From Candidatus Eiseniibacteriota bacterium (lineage in GTDB: Bacteria > Eisenbacteria > RBG-16-71-46), in contig JACRIW010000047.1 in assembly GCA_016215625.1 (NCBI GenBank), positions 6,281 to 70,280 on the forward strand: a stretch of 64,000 nucleotides of DNA, written 5' to 3'. Of this stretch, positions 9,398-19,804 are shown piece by piece. The first letter of the stretch is position 1. Each line of letters begins with the position of its first letter. Under the pieces are notes generated by a model, which saw nothing but the letters and a program-made list of their open reading frames with translations, was not told the origin of the DNA and made no database searches. The translations under genes were made by a program, and so were the position numbers.

Positions 9398-11776
9398 TCA
9401 CCACGGATGACCGAGAAGCACGAAACTCGCCCAATAGACCGGATGCCGGTACGGTTGCCGGCCGTTCGAGTCGTGCCAATCGCGCACGGCGATGCGCGCT
9501 CGTTGCAGTGCTCGCACGGGCGTCGCCGCACGAACACCGGGTGCGAGCAACTCGGCGTAGAAGTGGTCAACCAGCAGTGCGGTCGCTCGGTCGTCCGCGT
9601 TCCAGAGACTCGCCACGACACAATGTGCGCCGGCATGCTGCATCGCGGTCGCGTGGCCGTTCAGCCCGTCGCCTCGCATGTCGCGCATGCCCATCGACTG
9701 GCAGGTCGCCAGAACGGCCAACCGGGCACTCAACCGCCATGACTCGAGTTCATCGATCGTCAGGCGACCGTCCGTGGAGTCGAAGCGAGCCGCCGCACGT
9801 TTGCTGACGGCGTTCGCCTCTGCCAGGACGATTGCCGCATCGCCCGAAAAGGCGAGGTCGTGCTTGTGGTGTGTCGCGAAGTGCACGAGGTCGAACTGTG
9901 CGAGCCGCCCGTCGCGAGCCAGCTCGCGCATACGGGCTTCACTCGCCGCCGCGCCGCGCAGCAGGAGCGCGCGCGGAAGCCGGGCGTGGAGCAAGCTCAG
10001 TTCGGTGCCAGCCTCGAGCAGCGGGATATCGCCGGGGGTCGGCCGCACCGGCCGGGGCGCGCCGACGAGCAGCGCGTTCGTCCCCCAGGCTCTGGCTCGC
10101 GGAGGGGAATCGAGATCGTGTGCGAGCAACAGCGCCGAGGGCACGTAGCCGATCGCGAACCGGTCAGAAAGCCAGCGCCCGTCCGGCCCCTTCGCGATTT
10201 CGAGCGGCAGCGCGTTGTTCACGGATGAAGACAGAACGAGCAGGTCGCGAACTCCCACCAGTTCAGGTTCGAACGGTGCGATGCGCAGTCGCCACAACAC
10301 GGTCGCCATCGAGTCGAGATCCGGAGTGGGCTCCACTCCGACGGGCCAGGCCGCCGATGCACGCAGCGAGTTGCGGAACTCGGACGTCCACAGATCGGCC
10401 CACTCGGGCGAATCCGGAGCGGGGTCGTCGAAGCGCACCCAGCGGACCGGCGCGCCACGACGGAGCACGAACCCGAAGAACGGATAGCGCAGATGGGAAG
10501 AAGGGCGGGATTCGAGCCAGCCGATGAGCGCGGTGGATTCTGGCAACGAGTTCCCCAGCCGACCGCCGAGTCCAGTCCACACCGAGTCACTCGCGAGGGC
10601 GGCAGGATCGAAGCGACGTTCCAGCGTGCCGCGTGCGACGGATCGCTGCAGGGTCTCGAAAGCACTCGTCGAATCGCCGAGTTGGAGCATCGCGAAAGCA
10701 CAATCCGCCCACGCCGCAATCGGAGCCACGAGCGATCGCCCCTGGTCCGGCCTCATCCTCGAATGACGCCTCTCCTGAACTTCTGCCGCGCGTCGCAGCA
10801 GGACGCGGGCTTCGACGAGTTGACCTCGCCTCGCGAGCAGGGTGCCGAGGGAGTGAAGCGCCATCGGAAGCGCAGGCCGCATCGTGTCGGCGGCGCCGTC
10901 CATGAGTCGAATCGCCTCCCGATAGTGAGCGATCGCCTCGTCGTCGTCGCCGAATCGAACGCAGGACACGCCCCAATCCGCCAGCACCTCGGCCGCCGTG
11001 AGGCTCGAATCGCCTTCCGCGCGGCGCGCGATCGCAAGCGCCTCGCGAAACAGGGCGTAGCACTTCTCCCGCTTGTTCATCTGCCGGTGGACATTCGCGA
11101 AGTCGAGCACCACCCGCCCCAGCTCCCGGGAGTTGGGGTCGCATACGCGCCTCGCGACGCGCTCGGCGCGTTCGAAATAGCCGAATGCGGTCTCGCGCGA
11201 ATATCCCGACAGCTTCCAGTCTCGTCCGAGCTGATCATTGCTTTCCGCGACCCAGGGCGAAACCTCGCCGAATGCGCGGCGGCGACATGCCAGGGCCAGT
11301 TCGTCCCACACGCGCGCTGCTGCGGCATCACCGAGCGCACATTCGACTCGCGCGAGCGCGGAACGCGTGGCTGCGACATCGGGGTGCTCCTCGCCGAGCA
11401 AGCGCGAGCGGGACGCCAACTGCGTGCGAAGCGCGGGCAACGTCCGGCCCCAGTTCTCTTCCGTGCGCACATCATCGGGCACCAGCGACTCGGCAAGCGC
11501 GAAAGCTCGTCGCACGCTCTCCGGTGCCGAAACGATACGCACGAGCGCGTCGCGATCGAACCGGGCTTCGGCGAGTTGCCAGCCCGCCGTGCGGGGGTCC
11601 TCGGCCAGCACTCGCTCGCGTGCACGCGCGAGGGCGAGTGCCGCTTGGAACTGCCCCGCCGCGCGGAGCCGCACGATCCGCTCCCGTGGCGGGTGCGCGG
11701 ACCGAGCCGGCATCCCGCACGCCGCCAGCGAGAGCGCGAGCGCGCAAAGAACGAGGTGCCGAGTGTCGCGCCTCAC
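9398..11776 (-). CDS. TPR-repeat plus CHAT-domain lipoprotein
   Basis: GTG start overlaps anti-sigma stop (GTGA). Lipoprotein signal VRRDTRHLVLCALALSLAACG. TPR-like helical repeats. C-terminal CHAT region (LVHFATHHKHD...LVLATCQS...ASLWNADD). Confidence 0.75.
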   Translation of the reverse strand: MRRDTRHLVLCALALSLAACGMPARSAHPPRERIVRLRAAGQFQAALALARARERVLAEDPRTAGWQLAEARFDRDALVRIVSAPESVRRAFALAESLVPDDVRTEENWGRTLPALRTQLASRSRLLGEEHPDVAATRSALARVECALGDAAAARVWDELALACRRRAFGEVSPWVAESNDQLGRDWKLSGYSRETAFGYFERAERVARRVCDPNSRELGRVVLDFANVHRQMNKREKCYALFREALAIARRAEGDSSLTAAEVLADWGVSCVRFGDDDEAIAHYREAIRLMDGAADTMRPALPMALHSLGTLLARRGQLVEARVLLRRAAEVQERRHSRMRPDQGRSLVAPIAAWADCAFAMLQLGDSTSAFETLQRSVARGTLERRFDPAALASDSVWTGLGGRLGNSLPESTALIGWLESRPSSHLRYPFFGFVLRRGAPVRWVRFDDPAPDSPEWADLWTSEFRNSLRASAAWPVGVEPTPDLDSMATVLWRLRIAPFEPELVGVRDLLVLSSSVNNALPLEIAKGPDGRWLSDRFAIGYVPSALLLAHDLDSPPRARAWGTNALLVGAPRPVRPTPGDIPLLEAGTELSLLHARLPRALLLRGAAASEARMRELARDGRLAQFDLVHFATHHKHDLAFSGDAAIVLAEANAVSKRAAARFDSTDGRLTIDELESWRLSARLAVLATCQSMGMRDMRGDGLNGHATAMQHAGAHCVVASLWNADDRATALLVDHFYAELLAPGVRAATPVRALQRARIAVRDWHDSNGRQPYRHPVYWASFVLLGHPW

Positions 11777-12537
11777 GGCATCGAACGCGCCTGTCTTAGT
11801 CGGCGCTTCGCGCGTTCGCCCACCGGTCCCACACGCAGCGACAGCTCTCCGAGCAGCGAGTCGGCCCGCGCCACCTCGCCCGTTCGCAGGCAGGCGACGT
11901 AGCGCGTCCACTCGTTTTCGCTTCGCCAGGGTTCCGGAAGCGTCGCGAAACGCACCGAACGAAGCGTCACGAGCGCCGAGTCCGGTTGATCCAGCCGAAG
12001 TTGCGCGCTCGCGAGGTAGACGCGACGCAGGATGTCGAACTCCTCGTCCGCGCTGGGCGCGGCGAGCAGATCGGCGGCACGCGCGAGCTCGCCGCGCTCG
12101 TACGCCTGCAGGCCATGAAGCACGACGCTGTCGGCACCGACCCCGGCACGAGTGGTGGCGAGATCCTCGAGGTGGATCGCGGGCAGAACGGTCGGCGGCG
12201 GTGCCTCCACCCTGCCGACCGGGCGTTCGAGCCGCGCCGCGAGCCAGGCGCCACCGAAGACTGCGAGAAAGGCCGCCGCGACGAGCACGATCCGCGGCGC
12301 GAAGAGCAGCCGGCCATCGAGCGATCGTGACCGGGCTCGCGCCGCCCCCACTGCTCCGGCGTACTCGGCCCGACCACGCTCATGCGAGCCGAACGTGGAG
12401 CGCAAGCGCTCCTCGCACTCGGCGCAGGTGCGAGCATGCTCGAACATCTCCCGGCATGCGGCGACGGGCAAGAGCCCCAAGACGAGATCGAGGCACTCGT
12501 CGTCGTCGAAGTGTCGTCTGCCCCGGTCAGGACTCAT
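11773..12537 (-). CDS. Membrane anti-sigma factor, zf-HC2 (ChrR/RsrA-like) type
   Basis: H-x3-C-x2-C motif (FEHARTCAECEERL), single TM (LLFAPRIVLVAAAFLAVFGGAWLAA). Start overlaps sigma gene end. Confidence 0.7.
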   Translation of the reverse strand: MSPDRGRRHFDDDECLDLVLGLLPVAACREMFEHARTCAECEERLRSTFGSHERGRAEYAGAVGAARARSRSLDGRLLFAPRIVLVAAAFLAVFGGAWLAARLERPVGRVEAPPPTVLPAIHLEDLATTRAGVGADSVVLHGLQAYERGELARAADLLAAPSADEEFDILRRVYLASAQLRLDQPDSALVTLRSVRFATLPEPWRSENEWTRYVACLRTGEVARADSLLGELSLRVGPVGERAKRRLRQARSMP

Positions 12538-13282
12538 GCGCCTTCCCCTCCTCCGGCGACAAGGGCTGCGCCGCGGACCAGCGTTCGAGCCCCGCCCACA
12601 ATGCCGCGAACGTCCCTGCGGGCAGGTCACGAGGCGTCAGGCCCTTTCGCCCGAGGCAGCCACGCACGGCATCCCGTGCGCGGTTCGCGACCACGTCGAC
12701 ATGAGCGGCGTTGATCGCGACCTCAGGGTGCGCCGCGATCTCACGGCTGGTCCACTCGAAAAAGGCTCGCAACAACCAGACACGACGGGCTCGAGGCGAC
12801 AGCTCGCCGACACAGTCTTCGAGCACGCTCACGAACTCCCGGGCTTCCGCCTCAGCTTCCGGTCGAGGCGAGGCCGAGACGAAATCGTGCTCCTGCAGGT
12901 TTTCCATGGATTCGATCGGTTCCGGGGACTCCCGCCGCCGAGCTCGCTGCTCGAGCAGCCGCCAGAGTCCGTTGCGCGCGACCGTCGAAAGGTATCCCGC
13001 GAGTTCGCCCGGCGCTCGCCCAGCGGTGTTCCACTCCCCGGATTCCGCGCGCAGAAGCAGTTCTAACGCCTTGCTCGACGCGAGGTCCTCGAGGTCTTCG
13101 ACCGAAACCCGCGGCGACCGGGACGCATGCAGGCGCAGATAGCGGGCGACGGCTCCCCGCAACAGGAGCCACGTCTGCGGACGCACGCCCGCTGCTCGCT
13201 CTCCGCCGGCACGCATGTCGGCAAGCAGGGCGAGCAACCGGGTCGGCCACAGAATCGTCGGAGAGAGATCGGCGGCGTTCAT
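12527..13282 (-). CDS. Sigma-70 family (ECF-like) RNA polymerase sigma factor
   Basis: Region-4-like segment RRVWLLRAFFEWTSREIAAHPEVAINAAHVDVVANRARDAVRGCL and region-2-like LSTVARNGLWRLL. First in a sigma/anti-sigma/CHAT operon. Confidence 0.6.
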   Translation of the reverse strand: MNAADLSPTILWPTRLLALLADMRAGGERAAGVRPQTWLLLRGAVARYLRLHASRSPRVSVEDLEDLASSKALELLLRAESGEWNTAGRAPGELAGYLSTVARNGLWRLLEQRARRRESPEPIESMENLQEHDFVSASPRPEAEAEAREFVSVLEDCVGELSPRARRVWLLRAFFEWTSREIAAHPEVAINAAHVDVVANRARDAVRGCLGRKGLTPRDLPAGTFAALWAGLERWSAAQPLSPEEGKAHES

Positions 13283-13464
13283 CCGGAAAAGTCTATACAG
13301 GGGCCGTCCTTCGGGAAAGCCAGCCGGCAGTTTCCCTCCGTTAGGTCGTGCCACACCGGCGGAATGAGATGTCACGAGGGCAGCGGTGCTCGCCACCTGG
13401 TTCGGGAGGTGGCGGCTGCCGGGCCGCCGATGAAACTTCCCACGTCCCGAACTCCGGAGCCTGC

Positions 13465-16400
13465 ATGCGCCCCATCCCGGCCGCCCGCCTGCTGTCCGTA
13501 CTCACAGCACTTCTCATCCTCGTACCGCGGCTCGCGAACGCGGTCGCGCTCGACTGGTGGGCGAACCGAACGTCGACTTCGTGCGTCTTCGAGTCCACCG
13601 CGCCCGGCACGATCCGGCTCGACAACTGCGCGAGCGGGTTCATCGAGGGCGACATCACGCTGCCCTCGAGCGGGAACTGGAAACTCTCGTTCGACGTGGA
13701 ACCCGACGAATCGACCGGGCGCAAGCCGAACGACTACGTCGACGTCTTCATCAACTCGGCCCGCATCGGGCGCTACTACAACACCCCCGCGGCCCCGGCA
13801 CTGCATCACGTCTCCGCGCTCGTGAACGGCTCGAGCGTGCACTACCGATTCGAGTTCCTGAGCACGGATCTCGCGACCCACATCCACATGGTCGTGCGCG
13901 CCGGACAGGCGGAACTCGAGCCTGCCTACCTCACGAACCCTTCGTTCGATGGTGGCACCTACGTCAATGCGACGCCCACGACCACAGGAGACTGGCAGGG
14001 CAATCTCGCCAGCTACGTGACCGCCGAGAACGGCGTCACTCCGTTCCAGGGCGGCCGCATGCTCAAGTTCCTGGGCACGGCCAACGGCGGCGCGAGCACG
14101 GGCGCCGGTTGTGAGGCCATCCAGTTGGTCAGCATGGCGCCCTACGCGAGCGCCGTGGCGGCCGGCATCTTCCGGCTCGAAGCGAGTGCCTACGTCAACC
14201 GCGTGGCGCTCGACTCACAGACGGACACGCAATTCGGCATCGAACTCGTAGCCTGCAGCGGCTCGATGAGCAGCTTCCCGCCGCCGGCCGCCAACCAGCT
14301 CGCGCGCGCGCGCACCCTGATCCGCACGGATGGTGACCCGGCGACATGGGAGCGCATTCCGGAGTGCCTGCTGCATGTTCCCTACGGAACGACCTACGTA
14401 GCCTACTACCTGTTCGCGGACGAAGACGTCATGAACGATGGCACCGCGCCCGAGTTCGATGGGCACTACGCCGACGGGGTCACGCTCCTGCGGGTCGCTC
14501 CGCCCGCCTGGAGCTGCGCCGATCTGGTCACGCCGGAAGGCAATGCGGGCGCCCATACGCTGACCGTGCCCGTGGCGCTCAGTGCGCCGATCTGGGCTCC
14601 CGCCTCCATCACCGCCTCGACCACCGACGGCACCGCGACCGCGGGGGACGGAGATTTCCTGCCGACGGCACAGACGCTCACGGTGAAGCCCACGCTGGCG
14701 TGGGCGCGCAAGTGGGGCTCGGTCGGTTCCGGCAACTCGCAGTTCGATCAACCCTCGGGTATCGCCGCCGATCGCTGGGGCAACATCTGGGTGGCGGACG
14801 GCAACAACCATCGGGTGGTGCGCTACACCCGCCGCAGCGATTACGCCGGCAAGTTCGGCACGAGCGGCAGCAGCCCCGGACAACTCGGCTTCGTCGTATC
14901 CGTCGCGGTCGATCCGATCTTCGGCCACGTGTATGTGGGTGGATCGGACTCACGCATTTCGGAGTTCACCGCCGACGGCACGTTCGTGCGCGAGTGGGGT
15001 TCGCCCGGCACGGGGCCGGGACAGTTCTCGACACTCAGTGGCATCGCCGTCGATTCGCAGGGCAACGTATACGCCGCCGATTGGGGCACCGGGCGTATCC
15101 AGAAGTTCTCGAGCACGGGGACCTTCCTGCTGCAGTGGGGATCGCTCGGCTCCGGGATCAGCCAACAGTCTCCCCGAGGCATCGCCATTGGCCGCCAGGA
15201 CGTCGTGTACGTGTCCGACACGTGGAACCCGCGGATCCAGCGGTAATCCTCGACGGGCGCGCCGCTCGGTCCGTTCGGCGGCTTCGGCTCCGGCCCCGGC
15301 CAGTTGAACCAACCCTGGGGCTTGTGCATCGATGCCGAGGGCAACGTGCTGGTCGCGGACCGCAGCAACAACCGCATCCAGATGTTCACGGCTTCGGGTA
15401 CCTGGCTCACGCAGTGGGGTTCGTCGGGCAGCGGCGACGGTCAGTTCAACGCTCCGATCGATGTGAGTTCGGCGCCGAACGGCGTCGTGTACGTCGTGGA
15501 GACCGGCGGGAATCGCGTGCAGTCGTTCGAACCGCGCGATCCCTCCACGAGCCTCGGACTCATCGTGTCCGGCGATGCGAGGCTCGAGAGCAACGAGAAC
15601 TTCGCGCTTTCGTTCGGCGCCCCAGCCGCGAGCGTGGCGCCCGCCGCGCCGGCGACGATCACGCTGACGAACGACGATGTCGGAGTCTTCTCCACTTCGG
15701 GTGCCTCCACCTCGCTGGTCGGTTCGGCAATGGTGAGTCCCATTGCGGATGGCCTGCGGCTGTCGAATCTGGGGCTGGCCGGAGCGGATGGGGCCGAAGT
15801 GACCGCGGGCGGCCTCAAGCTCTCGAGCACCCAGCCCGGGTCGATCGGCTTCGCCGCCGACTTCGCGAGCGCGGCCACGATTCCCGCCGGTGGCGCCAAC
15901 GTGGTCGCGCGCATGGTGGGCACCGTGGCCGGAGTCCCGCAGGCAACCATGGGCACGTACACCGTGAACCTGCTGCCGACCGGCGCCAACTCGGTCGGAG
16001 TCGACTTCTCGGGTGTCGGCGCGTCACAGTGGAACGTCGCCGTCTACAACGGCGCCACGCTCGTGCACCAGCGCACGGGACACAGTGGCGTTGGGGTGGG
16101 CTACCAGAGCTGCGGCCCCGAGCCGGGCATGCACGCGTCGGCCACCGGCGACCCGATCCCCGGCGTGGACGTCGAGATCGAGCAGGTACCGGGCGGCATC
16201 GCGGTCACGTCGCGGCCGGGCGGCTGCACCCACATCGATCTCGGTGACGGAACCGGCGTGCATGCGGGCGACCGCATCGTGTTCCGGTCGCCGTCGCCCG
16301 CCCTGCGGTCCGGCGACGGCCTCGCGGCCGTGCGGTTCACGTCGAGCCTGTCCTCGCTCGACGTGAAGAGCCTGGGCCTGCGCGTGCTGGGGGCGCTGCA

Positions 16401-17451
16401 CCGTTCGAGCGGTAACGCGCTGTTCGCGGCCAACTACAACAGCGCGAAGTCGAACACGGGGTGCATCATGAAGAACATCGGTCCGACCGGCGGTGATGGC
16501 GTGCGCATCGCCGTTCCAGAGGGCAAGAAGGCGGTGCACACCGAGTTCGGCAACACCGCGTTCCAGAGCTCGGACGCGGGCGCTTCGCTGACCGCGCGCG
16601 CGGTCGGCACCGCCAACGGCACACCGAACACGACGCTGTTCACGCTTTCGCAGACGGCCACGTCCACGGGCACCCAGCTGCGAGCGAACTTCACCGGCGC
16701 CTCGGTCGAGAGCGTGGTCGTGCTGAACGCGGGTGCGGTCGCCTATCGCGGCGAGGTGGCGAACAACGTCGTCGTGGGCGAAGAGGGCTTCCAGTCGCCC
16801 GCTCTGGGCGCGCACGAGGCGAACGGCCCGGCCCGCGTCGAAGCTGCGGGCGATCCGATTCCTGGTGTGGACATCGAGATCGAGCAAGTGCCGGGAGGCA
16901 TCTCGGCCGGTCGCTCCACGGTGCTCAACTACCGCAATCCCCGCACGTTCAACATCGGTGGCGTGCTGTACTCGGGTAACGTGATTTCATTCAAGCGCGC
17001 GTTCTCGCGCGGGTTGCACGCGCAGGTCGTGGACGACAGCACGGCGACCCTCGATGAGGTGCAGTGGATCGCCACCAACCCGGGCGCCACCACTCTCGAC
17101 AGCCTCGAGATCGTGGCCGAGACGATCGGCGCAGGCGGCACCGGGACGACGGGCGTCGGTGATTCCCCGGCACGAGTGCTGTCGGCGCTGCGAGCGTGGC
17201 CGAATCCCTCCGGGGGACGGACGGGGGTCGCGTTCACTCTCGGGTCCGCCAGCCGTGTGCGGGTCGTGATCTACGACGTCGCCGGGCGCGAGGTGCGTGA
17301 GTGGCACGCGCGGCGGTTCGAAGCGGGCGAGCATCATGTCGAATGGGACGGACTCGATGCGGGCGACCACCCGGTCGCAGCAGGCATCTACTTCGCCCGC
17401 GTCGAGGCAGGCGGAATGCGGCACGAGCTCAAGCTCGTGAGGCTTCACTGA
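13465..17451 (+). pseudogene. NHL-repeat secreted protein with T9SS-type C-terminal sorting domain, interrupted by one in-frame TAA (15244..15246)
   Basis: Track ORFs 13348..15246 and 15304..17451 are in the same frame. Signal peptide MRPIPAARLLSVLTALLILVPRLANA after a GGAG RBS. At least 5 NHL repeats span the stop (..NPRIQR*SSTGAPLGPFGGFGSGPGQLNQPWG..). C-terminus WPNPSGGRTGVAFTLGSASRVRVVIYDVAGREV...GIYFARVEAG is a Por_Secre_tail-like CTD. Confidence 0.7.
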
Positions 17452-17460
17452 GCCCCCATA

Positions 17461-17499
17461 CGAATGCGGCCGTCCCGTGCTTCGGGACGGCCGCATTCG
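17461..17499. terminator. Bidirectional intrinsic-terminator-like hairpin between convergent genes
   Basis: Perfect inverted repeat cgaatgcggccgtccc / gggacggccgcattcg around a 7-nt loop, between the NHL gene end (17451) and the HD-hydrolase gene end (17519). Confidence 0.6.
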
Positions 17500-17518
17500 T
17501 TCGCCGGAGAGGATCGGG

Positions 17519-19684
17519 CTAGGCGTCGCGTCGCGTGTCGCTCTCTCTCCCCGCGCGCTTCGGCGCGTCGGGATACGGCGCGCGCACGTGGAAGATCGCG
17601 GTGAGCACGGGAATGAACGACTCGCGGATGCGCGCCAGCTCCTGGAGCGTGAGCCCGCAGTCGTCGAGCTGCCCGTCGCGCACGCGTTCGTCGATGATGC
17701 GCTGCACGAGCCCGCGGATGCGGCTCGGCGTGGGCTCGGCGAGCGCGCGCGAGGCGCCCTCGACGCCGTCGGCCAGCATGAGGATCGCCGTCTCCTTCGA
17801 GCGCGGACGCGGACCCGGATAGCTGTAATCCTCGCGGCGCGCGCCCGGATCGGTCTCGAGCGCCTTGTGATAGAAGAACGCCATCACCATCGTGCCGTGG
17901 TGCTCGGGGATCGCGTCGAGCACGGCGCGCGGCAGGCGCTGCTTGCGCGCGAGTTCGAGGCCCTCGGTGATGTGCGACTTCACGACGAGCGCGCTCATGG
18001 ACGGCGTCAGTTTCTCGTGCCGCGAGCGCGACGAGGCCGGCTCGTTCTCGGCGTAGTACTCGGGCTTCGCGAGCTTGCCGATGTCGTGGTAGTAGGCCGC
18101 CACGCGCGCGAGCAGCGAGTTCGCGTTGATCGCCTCGGCGGCGGCTTCGGCGAGCGAGCCCACGACCATGCTGTGGTGGTACGTGCCGGGCGCCTCGAGC
18201 TGCAGGCGCCGCAGCAGCGGACGGTTCAGGTCCGACAGCTCGAGCAGCGTGATGTCGCTCGTGAGGCGGAACAGGCTCTCGACGAGCGGCAGGAACATGA
18301 ACGCCAGCATGGTCGAGAGGAAGGCGTTGAGCCCGCCCCACATGGCGTCGCGCAGCAGCACCTGGGTCGTCGCGGTCTGGGCGAGGTCCCACGCGAGGAT
18401 GGCGGCGAGGTTCGCGAGCATGATCGCGAAGAACGCGCGCACGAAGTGCCAGCGGTGGCGCAGGCGCGAGACCGAGTACGTGGCCGTGACGCCGCCCATC
18501 ATGGCGACGGGCACGAACGGCGCGCGCAGCTCGGCGACCGCGGTGACGAGCACGGCGACGACGAGCGTGAACACGAGCGCCGGTCGCTTCTCGAGCAGCG
18601 ACGCCACGACGAGCGGCGCGAGCGCGAGCGGCACCGTGAACTCCGAGAACCCGGCGACCGTCACGAGGCCGACCGCCGAGCCGAGCACGGCGAGGGTCAG
18701 CAGCGTGAACATCGCGAGCATGCCGTTGTCGCGGTAGACCGCGAGCAGCTCCATGCGCAGGTAGGTCGCGAACGCCGCGATGAACAGCAGCATGAGCAGC
18801 ATGCGCGCGACGGGCGGGTACAGGAACTCGCTCTGGTTGCTCTTCGCCAGCTCGAGGTTCCGCAGCGAGCGCAGCTTCTGCACGGCCTCGCGCGAGACGC
18901 GCTCGTTGGCGTCCACGATCAGCTCGTCCTTCTTCACCGTGCCGATCACGCCCGAGACGGCGCCCTGCGCCTGCACGCGGCGCCACTCGGTCTCGGCGCG
19001 GTCGTAGAGCACGGTCGACTGGACGAACGGCCCGGCGAGCCCCACGACGAGCTGCACGCCGCGCGGATCGTTCGGGAACAGCTCGCGCGCGCGCTGGGCG
19101 AGACGGTCGAGCGCCTCCTTGCGTTCGAGGAACCGGCTCGCCGGGGCGAGCGCCTCGGTCTCGCCTTCGCGCAGCGTGACGTTGCGGTACCCGAGGATGA
19201 AGCCGCCCTTCTTCTCGGCGACGATGCCCGACTGCACGAGTTCGGCGAGCCAGCCACCCATGGCGCCGAGCGCCTTGCGGGCACGGCCGGGCGCGGCGAG
19301 CGCGTCGGCGGCGTTCTCCTCGAGCGGCACGCCGAGCGCCTTCAGGCGCGCGACGCGCTCGGCGGGACTGACGCGGACGTCGGAGACGAGCGCGAGCGCG
19401 TGGTCCTGGAACGCGCTCCAGCGGTTCAGCACGTCGGCCTGCGCGCGCGTGTCCACGACGTAGACGGGCGGCACCGCCAGCCCGGCCTCTTCCTGCTCGC
19501 GCCGCAGCACCGGCTCGTCCTTCTGGACGCGGAAGTCGTACGGGGCGACCACGCGCTCGCGGGCGATGTCGCCCTCGCGGTAGCGCAGGCGGTCCCCGGC
19601 GCCGTGCCCCGTCGGCAGGAGCGCGGCGGCGGCCAGCAGCGTCACGACCATCAGCAGGCGCTGGGCGTAGTACCCCCAACGCAC
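17519..19684 (-). CDS. 7TM-receptor-coupled HD/HDIG phosphohydrolase (YqfF/PgpH-like)
   Basis: Seven central TM helices. HD motif YYHDIGKLAKP and ...LADGVEGASRAL. Classic partner of phoH and ybeY. Confidence 0.8.
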   Translation of the reverse strand: MRWGYYAQRLLMVVTLLAAAALLPTGHGAGDRLRYREGDIARERVVAPYDFRVQKDEPVLRREQEEAGLAVPPVYVVDTRAQADVLNRWSAFQDHALALVSDVRVSPAERVARLKALGVPLEENAADALAAPGRARKALGAMGGWLAELVQSGIVAEKKGGFILGYRNVTLREGETEALAPASRFLERKEALDRLAQRARELFPNDPRGVQLVVGLAGPFVQSTVLYDRAETEWRRVQAQGAVSGVIGTVKKDELIVDANERVSREAVQKLRSLRNLELAKSNQSEFLYPPVARMLLMLLFIAAFATYLRMELLAVYRDNGMLAMFTLLTLAVLGSAVGLVTVAGFSEFTVPLALAPLVVASLLEKRPALVFTLVVAVLVTAVAELRAPFVPVAMMGGVTATYSVSRLRHRWHFVRAFFAIMLANLAAILAWDLAQTATTQVLLRDAMWGGLNAFLSTMLAFMFLPLVESLFRLTSDITLLELSDLNRPLLRRLQLEAPGTYHHSMVVGSLAEAAAEAINANSLLARVAAYYHDIGKLAKPEYYAENEPASSRSRHEKLTPSMSALVVKSHITEGLELARKQRLPRAVLDAIPEHHGTMVMAFFYHKALETDPGARREDYSYPGPRPRSKETAILMLADGVEGASRALAEPTPSRIRGLVQRIIDERVRDGQLDDCGLTLQELARIRESFIPVLTAIFHVRAPYPDAPKRAGRESDTRRDA

Positions 19685-19804
19685 CGACCGGGCGCGGTCC
19701 GGCAGGGCCGGGACCGGCGACAGTTCCGAAGTACTCAGGCGGTCACTCCGTGGGTGAAGACAGGAGCCGGGGCGGGGCAGCCCCGGCTCACGACGGCGCG
19801 AACC

